Virus record (IMG/VR): IMGVR_UViG_3300038520_000506
Location: 1 to 35,412 of that record
DNA length: 35,412 bases
Strand: one strand, 5' to 3'
DNA from: a virus
Lineage: Duplodnaviria; Caudoviricetes
Translations under genes and position numbers: made by a program
In this document: positions 7,381-16,199 of the stretch, piece by piece
How positions within the stretch are numbered: position 1 is the stretch's first letter
Layout: every line of letters starts with the position of its first letter
Notes under the pieces: generated by a model
The model's input: only the letters and a program-made list of their open reading frames with translations
The model's database searches: none
Told to the model about the DNA's origin: nothing

Positions 7381-7398
7381 AAAAGTTCCATGTAACTT
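7381..7398. promoter_or_regulatory. Palindromic operator-like site
   Basis: aaaagttccatgtaactt; reverse complement resembles the 1206 and 3209 copies. Confidence 0.5.
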
Positions 7399-8074
7399 AC
7401 TCATCCTCTGCATAGAGGTTATTGAAGATCTGAGTTGTGTCTAAGGTGTAGTCCAGATCTGACTTTGAGTAGTGGATATGCTGCGATGGCAGGAAGTCTG
7501 GTGCGCCTTCGCCTGTTTCAAACCACGCTGGATGTGTCACTCTCACGCGGTTGTTGGGCAATGCGATGATGTTGCCTGTCCACTTTCCTGCATCCAGAAG
7601 CTCCATGACATGGCTTTGCTTGTGCTGTGCGGGGTCATCTGCCACTTCGCTGTCAGTGTAGTCTACCGTGAAGAGATACTTGGCGGGGTAGAAGTCGCTG
7701 TCCACTTTTGCCAACCAAGGACAAGGTGTGGCCCGATTGAGTGTGTAGACGGAGTGGGTGTGTGACATGCAATCCCATGGCTGGGCGTAGTGGACTGGCA
7801 TCGGCTCTGGCCAATCTTCAAAGGGGGTGTCCCCCACTAAAGCGGTGATGGGCATTCTGGCCCACATGGCCCCACCATGCACATTCGGCTCATCTTCGTC
7901 GTCCGATTCACAGCCTGTGAATATCACCTGAAAACTCAAACACCGATTAGGCATCGTGGTCACTGCAATACACATCGCATGCAGAAACTCACCGTGATAC
8001 CTCATGTGATTACATGTGTACTCACGCCTGACCCAACATTTGAAGTGATTTATGTTGCTCTGTAAAAAAGGCAT
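7397..8074 (-). CDS. Hypothetical phage protein (225 aa), opposite strand within the packaging region
   Basis: GGGAGA SD; globular composition rich in Trp, His and Cys. Confidence 0.8.
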   Translation of the reverse strand: MPFLQSNINHFKCWVRREYTCNHMRYHGEFLHAMCIAVTTMPNRCLSFQVIFTGCESDDEDEPNVHGGAMWARMPITALVGDTPFEDWPEPMPVHYAQPWDCMSHTHSVYTLNRATPCPWLAKVDSDFYPAKYLFTVDYTDSEVADDPAQHKQSHVMELLDAGKWTGNIIALPNNRVRVTHPAWFETGEGAPDFLPSQHIHYSKSDLDYTLDTTQIFNNLYAEDE

Positions 8075-8179
8075 CTTTGTCTCCCAAGCCCTTTAATTAA
8101 TACATTATAATACATTAGTCATATCTATTAAAATATATATATATTATAATATAAGGGCTTTAACTGTCAGAAAGGAAAA

Positions 8180-8428
8180 ATGATGTTAAAAGCGTTTATG
8201 AAGACCTTCTTTCCTAGCTTGGTTCAAGGAGAACCCGAAAGGGCTAGGGATGAAAAAGGGAGACTTGTGGGAGACGATAAGAAAACACCTACCTTCAATG
8301 AAGCATGGGTTGGTGGCAAGGCTCCCCCAAAAAAGCGGGGACGACCCAAGAAGGTGGTTGAGGCAAGTGCAAACCTTACCCCACCCAAGAGAAAGAGAGG
8401 CCGACCCAGAAAGGTGGACGCCGCATAA
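8180..8428 (+). CDS. Small basic protein with two AT-hook-like motifs
   Basis: KKRGRPKK and RKRGRPRK; AAGGA SD. Confidence 0.7.
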   Translation: MMLKAFMKTFFPSLVQGEPERARDEKGRLVGDDKKTPTFNEAWVGGKAPPKKRGRPKKVVEASANLTPPKRKRGRPRKVDAA

Positions 8429-8546
8429 GGGGATGGTTAAATAGGGAGACTGGGTTTATAGTTTTGGGGGATGTCAGTCTCCCTGCATCCCCGGCGGGTG
8501 TAGCGTTCCTTTCCGCTCCCCGCCGTCATTACTTTGGAGGTTGTGA

Positions 8547-10055
8547 ATGAACGATCTTGCTTTGATCAAAGCAAAGATAAACACCCTTCCTGTAGAAGAT
8601 CAGAAAGAGATGCTCGACCTGATTGTCGAGTTAGAAGAAGCAAAAGAGCGCGAAGAGTCGCGTGTTGATTTCCTGACATTTGTGAAAAAGATGTGGCCTG
8701 CCTTTATTGGTGGCAAACATCACGAGATCATGGCAGACGCCTTTGAGCGTGTGGCAAACGGTGAACTGAAGCGTTTGATTATCAACATGCCGCCCCGACA
8801 CACCAAGTCAGAGTTCGCCTCATACCTGTTTCCGGCATGGTTCCTTGGTAGATACCCAGAGAAGAAGATCATCCAGACGGCACATACTGCCGAACTGGCA
8901 GTCGGTTTTGGCCGTAAGGTGAGGAACCTGATAGGTCAGGACGACTTTCAAAGCGTTTTCCCCGGCATCGAATTGTCCTCTGACTCCAAGGCAGCAGGTA
9001 GATGGAACACAAACAAGCGCGGTGACTACTTCGCTATCGGTGTTGGTGGTGCCGTGACGGGTAAAGGCGCGGATGTTCTGATTATCGATGACCCACACTC
9101 GGAGCAAGAGGCTGCACTCGGCGCTTACAACGGGGAAGTCTACGAGAAAACCTACGAATGGTACACATCCGGTCCCCGACAGCGACTACAACCGGGGGGA
9201 GCCATCATCATTGTGATGACAAGGTGGTCCACAAGAGACCTGACAGGCAAAATCATCAAGTCTGTCACCCAAAAAGAGGGTGTTGACGAGTGGGAAGTCA
9301 TAGAATTACCCGCAATCATGCCGTCTGGCAGGCCTTTGTGGCCAGAATTTTGGCCGATTGAGCAGCTTGAGTCCCTGAAAGCCGAACTTCCCGTCTCAAA
9401 ATGGTCCGCTCAGTACCAACAGAACCCGACATCGGAAGAAGGTGCGCTGATAAAGCGAGAATGGTGGCAGGATTGGGATAGACCAAACCCACCGCCGTGC
9501 GAAGCCATCATACAAAGCTGGGATACAGCGTTTTTGAAGACACAAAGGGCTGATTACAGCGCCTGCACAACATGGGGAGTCTTCTATCACCCAGATGAGA
9601 ACGGGGATTCGCAGCCAAACCTGATCTTGCTGGACGCATACAAGGAAAAGCTGGAGTTTCCTGATCTCAAAAGAGCGGCGTATGAAAAATACTGGGAATA
9701 TGAGCCTGACCAGATGATTGTCGAAGCGAAGGCTGCCGGATCTCCGCTGATATTCGAGCTTCGTGCCATGGGCATTCCGGTCACAGAGTTTACACCCTCG
9801 CGAGGTCAAGATAAGATAGCTCGCGTGAACGCGGTCAGTGATTTATTTGCGAGTGGCGTTATATGGTGTCCTGCAACTCGGTGGGCTGATGAGGTTATCG
9901 AAGAGTGCGCCTCTTTCCCATCTGGAGACCACGATGATTTGGTTGACTCGACTACTCAGGCTCTGTTGAGATTCCGTCAAGGGGGCTGGATCAGAACGAC
10001 CATGGATGAGTGGGATGATGAACCGACCTACAGAAGGCCGGTTGATTACTATTAA
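8547..10055 (+). CDS. terL: Terminase large subunit
   Basis: Walker A-like MPPRHTKS, Walker B LIIDDPH, coupling motif MTRW, nuclease SWDTA ... HDDLVD. Confidence 0.97.
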   Translation: MNDLALIKAKINTLPVEDQKEMLDLIVELEEAKEREESRVDFLTFVKKMWPAFIGGKHHEIMADAFERVANGELKRLIINMPPRHTKSEFASYLFPAWFLGRYPEKKIIQTAHTAELAVGFGRKVRNLIGQDDFQSVFPGIELSSDSKAAGRWNTNKRGDYFAIGVGGAVTGKGADVLIIDDPHSEQEAALGAYNGEVYEKTYEWYTSGPRQRLQPGGAIIIVMTRWSTRDLTGKIIKSVTQKEGVDEWEVIELPAIMPSGRPLWPEFWPIEQLESLKAELPVSKWSAQYQQNPTSEEGALIKREWWQDWDRPNPPPCEAIIQSWDTAFLKTQRADYSACTTWGVFYHPDENGDSQPNLILLDAYKEKLEFPDLKRAAYEKYWEYEPDQMIVEAKAAGSPLIFELRAMGIPVTEFTPSRGQDKIARVNAVSDLFASGVIWCPATRWADEVIEECASFPSGDHDDLVDSTTQALLRFRQGGWIRTTMDEWDDEPTYRRPVDYY

Positions 10056-10066
10056 GGGGATTTGAA

Positions 10067-12505
10067 ATGGCAGTCGAAAAGCAAATGACACCATCCGAAG
10101 TGGAAGCTGAAGGCACAGAGGCTGTCGAGGTAGAGATTGTCAACCCTGAAGCGGTCTCCATATCCGACAGCGATGGCGCGATGGTGATTGATTTCTCCGG
10201 CGACATAGCCGACGAGATCATCGGCCCAGAGCATGACGCCAATCTCGCTGAATACATGGAAGATGCCGATCTGGAAACCTTGGCGTCTGAACTGGTCACA
10301 GATTTTGAGAGCGATAAGCAGTCCCGCCGTGATTGGGCCAGAAGCTACACCCGTGGTCTTGATCTCCTTGGAATGAAGATTGAAGAGCGCACTCAGCCTT
10401 GGCAGGGTGCTGCTGGCGTGTTCCACCCGCTTCTCACAGAGGCAGTCGTCCGCTTCCAAGCGCAGGCCATGGGGGAGTTGTTCCCGGCATCAGGCCCCGT
10501 CCGCACTAAGATTGTCGGACGCAAGGATGTGGAAAAGCAGGAACAGGCCCAGCGCGTCGAAGAGGAAATGAACTATCTCCTGACAGAGAAGATGACTGAA
10601 TACAGGGACGAGACAGAGCAAATGCTCTTCCGTCTGCCTTTGGCAGGGTCTGCTTTCAAGAAGGTCTACTATGATCCTCTGATGGAACGTCCCGCTGCCA
10701 TGTTTGTGCCTGCGGAAGACTTCGTTGTGTCATACGGCGCATCTGATCTCGCTACATGCCCACGCTACACGCATGTGATGAAGAAGAACGCAAATGAGAT
10801 TGTTGAGCTTCAGGTCAACGGTTTCTATCGCGATATCGAACTGCCAGATCCTGAGCCGGACTACTCTGACATTCAGGAGAAGTATGACGAGATAGAGGGT
10901 GAAAGCGCAGTCATTGAAGATGATGATCGCCACACAATCCTAGAGGCGCATGTTGATCTGAACATGCCCGAGCCATTTGATGACCCAGATGGTATCGCCC
11001 GTCCATATGTTGTTACGCTAGACAAGTCGTCTAAGATCATCCTGTCAGTGAGAAGGAACTGGTATGAGGGAGATCCTAAGAAACGTAAGAGACAACACTT
11101 CGTACACTATCGCTACTTACCGGGCCTCGGGTTCTATGGAACGGGCCTTATTCATCTTATTGGCGGTCTTGCTAAGAGCGCCACTTCTATTCTTCGCCAG
11201 CTTATTGATGCTGGTACGCTATCGAACCTCCCTGCTGGCCTCAAGGCTAGGGGTCTTCGCATTAAAGGCGATGATTCGCCTCTCATGCCGGGGGAGTTCC
11301 GCGATGTGGACGTACCGGGTGGTGCAATTCGGGATTCTATTGCATTCCTTCCTTACAAGGAGCCGTCCTCGGTACTCTATCAACTGCTTGGAAACATCGT
11401 TGAAGAGGGGAGACGGGTTGGCTCCGTTGCGGATGTACAGGTTGGAAACCTCAATCCACAGGCCCCAGTAGGCACAACGCTCGCTCTGATGGAGCGCAGC
11501 ATGAAGGTGATGTCTGGCGTTCAGGCCAGATTGCATGCAGCCCTCAAGCGCGAGCTTGGCTTGCTCGCTGTAGTCATCAAGGACTATATGCCTTCAGAGT
11601 ATGCCTACGAGATGGATGGTGATTTTGATCGCCGCAAAGACTTTGATGACCGCGTTGATGTTGTTCCGGTATCTGATCCAAACGCAGCAACCATGTCACA
11701 GCGTGTTGTCCAGTATCAGGCAGCCCTTCAGTTGGCGCAGCAGGCCCCGAACCTGTACGACATGGGCAAACTGCACAGGCAGATGCTGGAGGTGCTTGGC
11801 ATCAAGGATGCTGACGAAATCATCAAGCTGCCTGAAGACATCAAGCCGCACGATCCGGTTACAGAGAACATGGCGATGCTGAAGCAGGAGCCGGTCAAAG
11901 CGTTCAAGTATCAGGATCACGAGGCTCATATTCAGGTTCATTTGGCTGCGGCACAAGATCCAAAGTTGCAAGAGATTGTCGGGCAAAGCCCGTTTGCTGG
12001 CGCTATTCAGGCCGCCATGGCAGCCCATGTCACAGAGCATGTGGCGTTCCAGTATCGTAAAGAGATTGAGAAGAATCTCGGTGTGGGCATGCCGGATGAA
12101 GAGAAGCCTCTGCCAGAAGATGTCGAGATCGAAATCTCACGCCTTGCATCTGAAGCGGCTGCAAAGCTGTTGAAGAAGGATCAGGCGGAGATGGCTCAAG
12201 AAGAAGCCATGAAGAAGCAGCAAGACCCGCTCACACAAATCCAACAGCGTGAATTGGCGCTGAAGGAAGCGGAGTTTGAGCATAAGAAGCAACTTGATAT
12301 CGCCAAGTTGCAATCAGATGTTCAGGCGAAAGCTGCAAATGTTGAAGTGCAGAAAGATCGTATCGAGTCTGAAGAGAAGCGCGAAGGCGCTAGACTCGGT
12401 GTAAAAATCGCCCAAGACGCAGATGATGCCAGACGAGAGGACATAAGGGATGGCATCGAACTGGGGCGTGAAATAGCAAGGGAGATTGTAGGAAAAGATG
12501 AATGA
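10067..12505 (+). CDS. Portal protein (podovirus/P22-like, long helical C-terminus)
   Basis: 812 aa directly after terL; HPLLTEAVVRFQA, GFYGTGL, Q/E/K-rich tail. Confidence 0.88.
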   Translation: MAVEKQMTPSEVEAEGTEAVEVEIVNPEAVSISDSDGAMVIDFSGDIADEIIGPEHDANLAEYMEDADLETLASELVTDFESDKQSRRDWARSYTRGLDLLGMKIEERTQPWQGAAGVFHPLLTEAVVRFQAQAMGELFPASGPVRTKIVGRKDVEKQEQAQRVEEEMNYLLTEKMTEYRDETEQMLFRLPLAGSAFKKVYYDPLMERPAAMFVPAEDFVVSYGASDLATCPRYTHVMKKNANEIVELQVNGFYRDIELPDPEPDYSDIQEKYDEIEGESAVIEDDDRHTILEAHVDLNMPEPFDDPDGIARPYVVTLDKSSKIILSVRRNWYEGDPKKRKRQHFVHYRYLPGLGFYGTGLIHLIGGLAKSATSILRQLIDAGTLSNLPAGLKARGLRIKGDDSPLMPGEFRDVDVPGGAIRDSIAFLPYKEPSSVLYQLLGNIVEEGRRVGSVADVQVGNLNPQAPVGTTLALMERSMKVMSGVQARLHAALKRELGLLAVVIKDYMPSEYAYEMDGDFDRRKDFDDRVDVVPVSDPNAATMSQRVVQYQAALQLAQQAPNLYDMGKLHRQMLEVLGIKDADEIIKLPEDIKPHDPVTENMAMLKQEPVKAFKYQDHEAHIQVHLAAAQDPKLQEIVGQSPFAGAIQAAMAAHVTEHVAFQYRKEIEKNLGVGMPDEEKPLPEDVEIEISRLASEAAAKLLKKDQAEMAQEEAMKKQQDPLTQIQQRELALKEAEFEHKKQLDIAKLQSDVQAKAANVEVQKDRIESEEKREGARLGVKIAQDADDARREDIRDGIELGREIAREIVGKDE

Positions 12506-12680
12506 ACTTGAAGCAGTAAGACAGAAGATCAGGGAGTATATGAATCACATCGCAGACCACATGGCTGGCGGGGGTTGCGAGGACTACGAGTCCTACATGC
12601 GGCTTGTTGGCAAGGTAGAGGCTCTTGCATTAGTGGAAAGAGATGTACTAGATTTGGAAAAACTTCTACAAGAGGACTAA
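12498..12680 (+). CDS. Small head-module protein (60 aa)
   Basis: Overlaps the portal stop; helical; position between portal and groES. Confidence 0.7.
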   Translation: MNELEAVRQKIREYMNHIADHMAGGGCEDYESYMRLVGKVEALALVERDVLDLEKLLQED

Positions 12681-12731
12681 TACGGCAACGCCGCAAGGTA
12701 CTGTGAACCTCAATCACTGCAAGGAAGACAG

Positions 12732-13100
12732 ATGTATTCTGCAACAAAAGAAGTCGATCAGAAGGTCGCAACCAAAATACCAGAGCCTACGGGCTACAAA
12801 CTCTTGATAAAGCCTTTAGAGGTAAAAGAGAAAACGGACAGCGGCGTTTTTATGCCGGATTCCCTGAAATCAGCAGAGCAGACAGCATCAGTCATTGGCT
12901 TCGTCGTCAAGGCTGGTCCTGACGCCTATATGGACAAAGACAAGTTTCCGAATGGCCCGTATTGCCAAGAGGGGGATTTTGTCATCTTCAGATCCTATTC
13001 AGGCACCCGCTTCAAGATTGATAAGCAGGAGTTTCGTTTGATCAATGACGATACCGTGGAAGCAGTTGTCGATGACCCAAGAGGATACACAAGAGCATGA
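12732..13100 (+). CDS. groES: Co-chaperonin GroES-like protein
   Basis: PTGYKLLIKP, EKTDSGVFMP mobile loop, GFVVKAGPDAY, GDFVIF..YSGT, LINDD. Confidence 0.9.
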   Translation: MYSATKEVDQKVATKIPEPTGYKLLIKPLEVKEKTDSGVFMPDSLKSAEQTASVIGFVVKAGPDAYMDKDKFPNGPYCQEGDFVIFRSYSGTRFKIDKQEFRLINDDTVEAVVDDPRGYTRA

Positions 13101-14056
13101 GTACAAACCCAGCAGAAAAGTTTGATGATGAGCCTCAAGAGAATGAGGTTGAGATTGTAGATTCCAGTGAACTGGAAATCGACATTGTCGATGATACCCC
13201 GCCAGAGGATCGTGATCGTCCAAAACGCAAGGCTGAATCAGAAGAGAAAGCCGAAGATGAAGAGATCAGCAGCTATGGCGAGAATGTTCAGAAGCGCATC
13301 AAGCAGATCAAATATGAGTATCACGAGGAGCGCAGGGCCAAAGAGGAAGCCCAGCGTATCCGTGAAGAAGCTGTTTCTTACGCTCAGAAGCTGCAAGAAG
13401 AAAACAATAGGCTACGCAAAACTCTGGATGACGGCGAGAACACCCTTGTCGAACAGGCAAAGGGGCGTCTAGAGGCGCAGCTACAACAAGCCAAGGCTGA
13501 TTACAAACAGGCCTATGAGACCGGAGATCCAGATAAGCTCGTAGATGCTCAAGAGCAACTGACCGCTATCCAGACAGAAAAAATCAGGGTGGATTCCTAC
13601 AAGCCGAAGAAGAGGCAAGAAGAAGTTCCAACTCCTGAAGCCCCTCGGCAACAGCCAGCACAGCAGCAAAAATATGAAATTGATGACCGCACAAAACAGT
13701 GGGCATCAGAGAATCAGTGGTTTGGCCAAGACGAAGAAATGACTGGATTTGCCTTTGGTGTCCATGAAAGGCTAAAAAAGAATGGTATTGATCCAGCAAA
13801 CCCACAAAGGGTAGAAGAGTATTATAGCGCGGTCGATGAGGCCATGCGCAAAAGGTTTCCAGACAAGTTTGACGAGGTAGAAATTGAGGAAGCACCGCCC
13901 CGTCAGACTGGTAACGTGGTTGCCCCCGCTAACAGGAGTGCAAAAAAACCACGCAGAGTGCAACTGACCTCAACTCAAGTCTCACTCGCCAAGAGGCTTG
14001 GAGTAACTCCCGAACAATACGCGGCGCAACTTTTGAAGGAGGCATCTAATGGCTGA
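13097..14056 (+). CDS. Probable capsid scaffolding protein
   Basis: Acidic N-terminus, long coiled coil, basic C-terminal helix; upstream of the capsid gene. Confidence 0.7.
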   Translation: MSTNPAEKFDDEPQENEVEIVDSSELEIDIVDDTPPEDRDRPKRKAESEEKAEDEEISSYGENVQKRIKQIKYEYHEERRAKEEAQRIREEAVSYAQKLQEENNRLRKTLDDGENTLVEQAKGRLEAQLQQAKADYKQAYETGDPDKLVDAQEQLTAIQTEKIRVDSYKPKKRQEEVPTPEAPRQQPAQQQKYEIDDRTKQWASENQWFGQDEEMTGFAFGVHERLKKNGIDPANPQRVEEYYSAVDEAMRKRFPDKFDEVEIEEAPPRQTGNVVAPANRSAKKPRRVQLTSTQVSLAKRLGVTPEQYAAQLLKEASNG

Positions 14057-14492
14057 CCGGACACCTCGCTCAAACGAGTCAAGAGACAAGCAAGAGCGCA
14101 AGAAGACATGGCAAAGGCCGAGCATGTTGCCTGATCCAGAGCCTCGTGAGGGTGTTGAGTACCGTTGGGTACGCACATCAATCATGGGTGAGACAGACAA
14201 CAAGAATGTATCGTCCAAGTTCCGAAATGGGTGGACTCCGGTAAAGGCAGAAGATCATCCAGAGTTACAGGTCATACCCGATCACGATTCTCGTTTTCAG
14301 GGTAATGTTGAGGTTGGAGGATTGCTACTTTGCGAAAACTCCACAGAGTACGTTGATTCAAGAACTGACGCGCACCAACAGATGAACCAAGATCAACAGG
14401 ATGCTGTTGATAACAGTTATCTCCGTCAGTCTGATCCACGCATGCCCGTTCTGAATCCAGAGCGCACGACTAAAACATCGTTTGGTAAGTAA
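14049..14492 (+). CDS. Hypothetical head-module protein
   Basis: Coupled ORF with GGAGG SD. Confidence 0.75.
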   Translation: MADRTPRSNESRDKQERKKTWQRPSMLPDPEPREGVEYRWVRTSIMGETDNKNVSSKFRNGWTPVKAEDHPELQVIPDHDSRFQGNVEVGGLLLCENSTEYVDSRTDAHQQMNQDQQDAVDNSYLRQSDPRMPVLNPERTTKTSFGK

Positions 14493-14545
14493 CCCATACA
14501 GGGGCGCTTACCATTGTTAAATGGCTTGATTAGAAGGAGAGACAC

Positions 14546-15148
14546 ATGTCTTCAGTAGCCGCTCCCTTCGGTCTGCGCCCGATTGGTCGTCTTGACAGCG
14601 GTTCTCTTGAGGCTTTCCGCCAGTACCCGATTGCTTCGGGTTACGGCACTGCGATTGCAACAGGGGATATCGTTCATCTGGTTGACGGTGGCGCAGCCAC
14701 TACAATCGAAAAGCAGTCCGCCACTGGCGATGATTCGACTGAAATCGATATCGTCGGTATCTTCCTTGGTTGTTCGTACACAGATCCGAACACCAATCAA
14801 AAGACGTTCAGCCAGCTTTATCCGGCAAGCACAGCAGCCGATGATATCATGGCGTATGTTGTAGATGATCCGAATGTTCTGTTCACTATCCAAGCGGATG
14901 GTGCGCCAGCTAACACGGGCGACATCTATGGCAAGAACACTCTTCTCGTCCAAACTGCTCCTAACACCTCGCTGAAAGTCAGCCGCGTGGCGTTGGACAT
15001 CTCTGAACTCAGCACGGATGCTCAGAACCCGATTCGGGTTATTGACTATCTGGGCGGTGATCAGGGTGACGAGAAAGGTACGTCTTTCCCGGTTCTGGTG
15101 TGTAAGTTTAATTACCACCAGCATACCTCCACCACTGGCTCGGCGTAA
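14546..15148 (+). CDS. Putative capsid decoration/cement protein
   Basis: APFGLRP N-terminus, beta-rich, immediately before the major capsid gene. Confidence 0.65.
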   Translation: MSSVAAPFGLRPIGRLDSGSLEAFRQYPIASGYGTAIATGDIVHLVDGGAATTIEKQSATGDDSTEIDIVGIFLGCSYTDPNTNQKTFSQLYPASTAADDIMAYVVDDPNVLFTIQADGAPANTGDIYGKNTLLVQTAPNTSLKVSRVALDISELSTDAQNPIRVIDYLGGDQGDEKGTSFPVLVCKFNYHQHTSTTGSA

Positions 15149-15158
15149 GGAGTAGAAA

Positions 15159-16064
15159 ATGGCTATTACACGCGCACAACTCCTGAAAGAGCTACTCCCC
15201 GGTCTTAACGCACTGTTTGGTCTTGAGTACGAAAAGTACGAAAACGAGCATGCTGAGATCTACGAAACGGAGAACTCAGAGCGTAGCTTTGAAGAGGAAG
15301 TCAAATTATCGGGCTTTGGCGCAGCGCCAGTTAAGCCTGAAGGTTCGGCTATCAGCTTCGATTCCGCGCAAGAGTCGTACACTGCTCGTTACAACCACGA
15401 AACGGTTGCTATGGGTTTCTCGGTGACCGAGGAAGCTATGGAAGACAACTTGTACGATGCTCTTTCGGCTCGCTACACCAAGGCTCTTGCACGGGCCATG
15501 GCGTACACCAAGCAGGTCAAGGCAGCAGCACTGCTGAACAATGGCTTCACCACTTTCAACTCTGGAGATGGCGTAACCCTGTTCAGCACGGCTCACCCGA
15601 CTGTAGCTGGTGGCAACAATGCAAACCGTCCTACCACAGATGTTGACCTGAACGAGACATCGCTGGAAGACGCAGTGATCAAGATTGCAGCTTATGTAGA
15701 TGAGCGTGGTCTTCTGATTGCAGCGCGTCCTCGTAAGCTGATCGTCCCGCCTGCGTTGATGTTTGTGGCGACTCGTTTGCTGGAAACAGATCTGCGTGTC
15801 GGCACCGCTGACAACGATCTGAACGCCATCCGCTCTAACGGCTCTATCCCAGAGGGATATCGCGTCAACCACTACCTGACCGATACTGATGCCTTCTTCC
15901 TGACAACTGACGTTCCTAACGGAATGAAGCACTTTGTCAGGACGCCTATGGCAACCTCCATGGACGGCGATTTTGATACCGGCAATGTACGGTACAAGGC
16001 CCGTGAGCGTTACAGCTTCGGTGTATCCGATCCGCTTGGAATGTTCGGTTCTCGCGGAGGCTGA
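15159..16064 (+). CDS. Major capsid protein (HK97 fold, Mu gpT-like)
   Basis: MAITRAQLLKELLPGLNALFG, DGVTLFSTAHP, PRKLIVPPAL, RERYSFG; followed by a terminator. Confidence 0.92.
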   Translation: MAITRAQLLKELLPGLNALFGLEYEKYENEHAEIYETENSERSFEEEVKLSGFGAAPVKPEGSAISFDSAQESYTARYNHETVAMGFSVTEEAMEDNLYDALSARYTKALARAMAYTKQVKAAALLNNGFTTFNSGDGVTLFSTAHPTVAGGNNANRPTTDVDLNETSLEDAVIKIAAYVDERGLLIAARPRKLIVPPALMFVATRLLETDLRVGTADNDLNAIRSNGSIPEGYRVNHYLTDTDAFFLTTDVPNGMKHFVRTPMATSMDGDFDTGNVRYKARERYSFGVSDPLGMFGSRGG

Positions 16065-16076
16065 TTCAGTCTTCGG

Positions 16077-16094
16077 AAAGTTACCTGTAACTTT
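16077..16094. promoter_or_regulatory. Palindromic operator-like site after the capsid gene
   Basis: aaagttacctgtaacttt. Confidence 0.55.
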
Positions 16095-16112
16095 CTGTGC
16101 AAGAAAAATAAG

Positions 16113-16139
16113 AAGGGCGGTTTCACACCGCCCTTTTTT
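16113..16139 (+). terminator. Intrinsic terminator
   Basis: aagggcggt-ttcac-accgccctt followed by a T run. Confidence 0.85.
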
Positions 16140-16199
16140 GTGTATACTTTCCAAGTCCCTGACAGCGAAAGCTGACACTAGCCAAGACAGGAGTACGAA

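Noticed and set aside
8443-8524. HDV-like ribozyme
   Set aside because: Helix order lacks P3, P1.1 and J4/2; only a simple pseudoknot is present
8426-8547. Readthrough or frameshift from the AT-hook ORF into terL via the pseudoknot
   Set aside because: Second in-frame stop at 8438-8440, different frame, no slippery heptamer, and terL has its own SD
9886-9903. Other CTGATGA matches (for example 9886, 3501, 16585)
   Set aside because: Inside coding sequence with no flanking stems or correctly placed GAAA
14483-14513. Hairpin before the decoration gene as a terminator
   Set aside because: Interrupted stem with no U-tract; at most a stabilising hairpin
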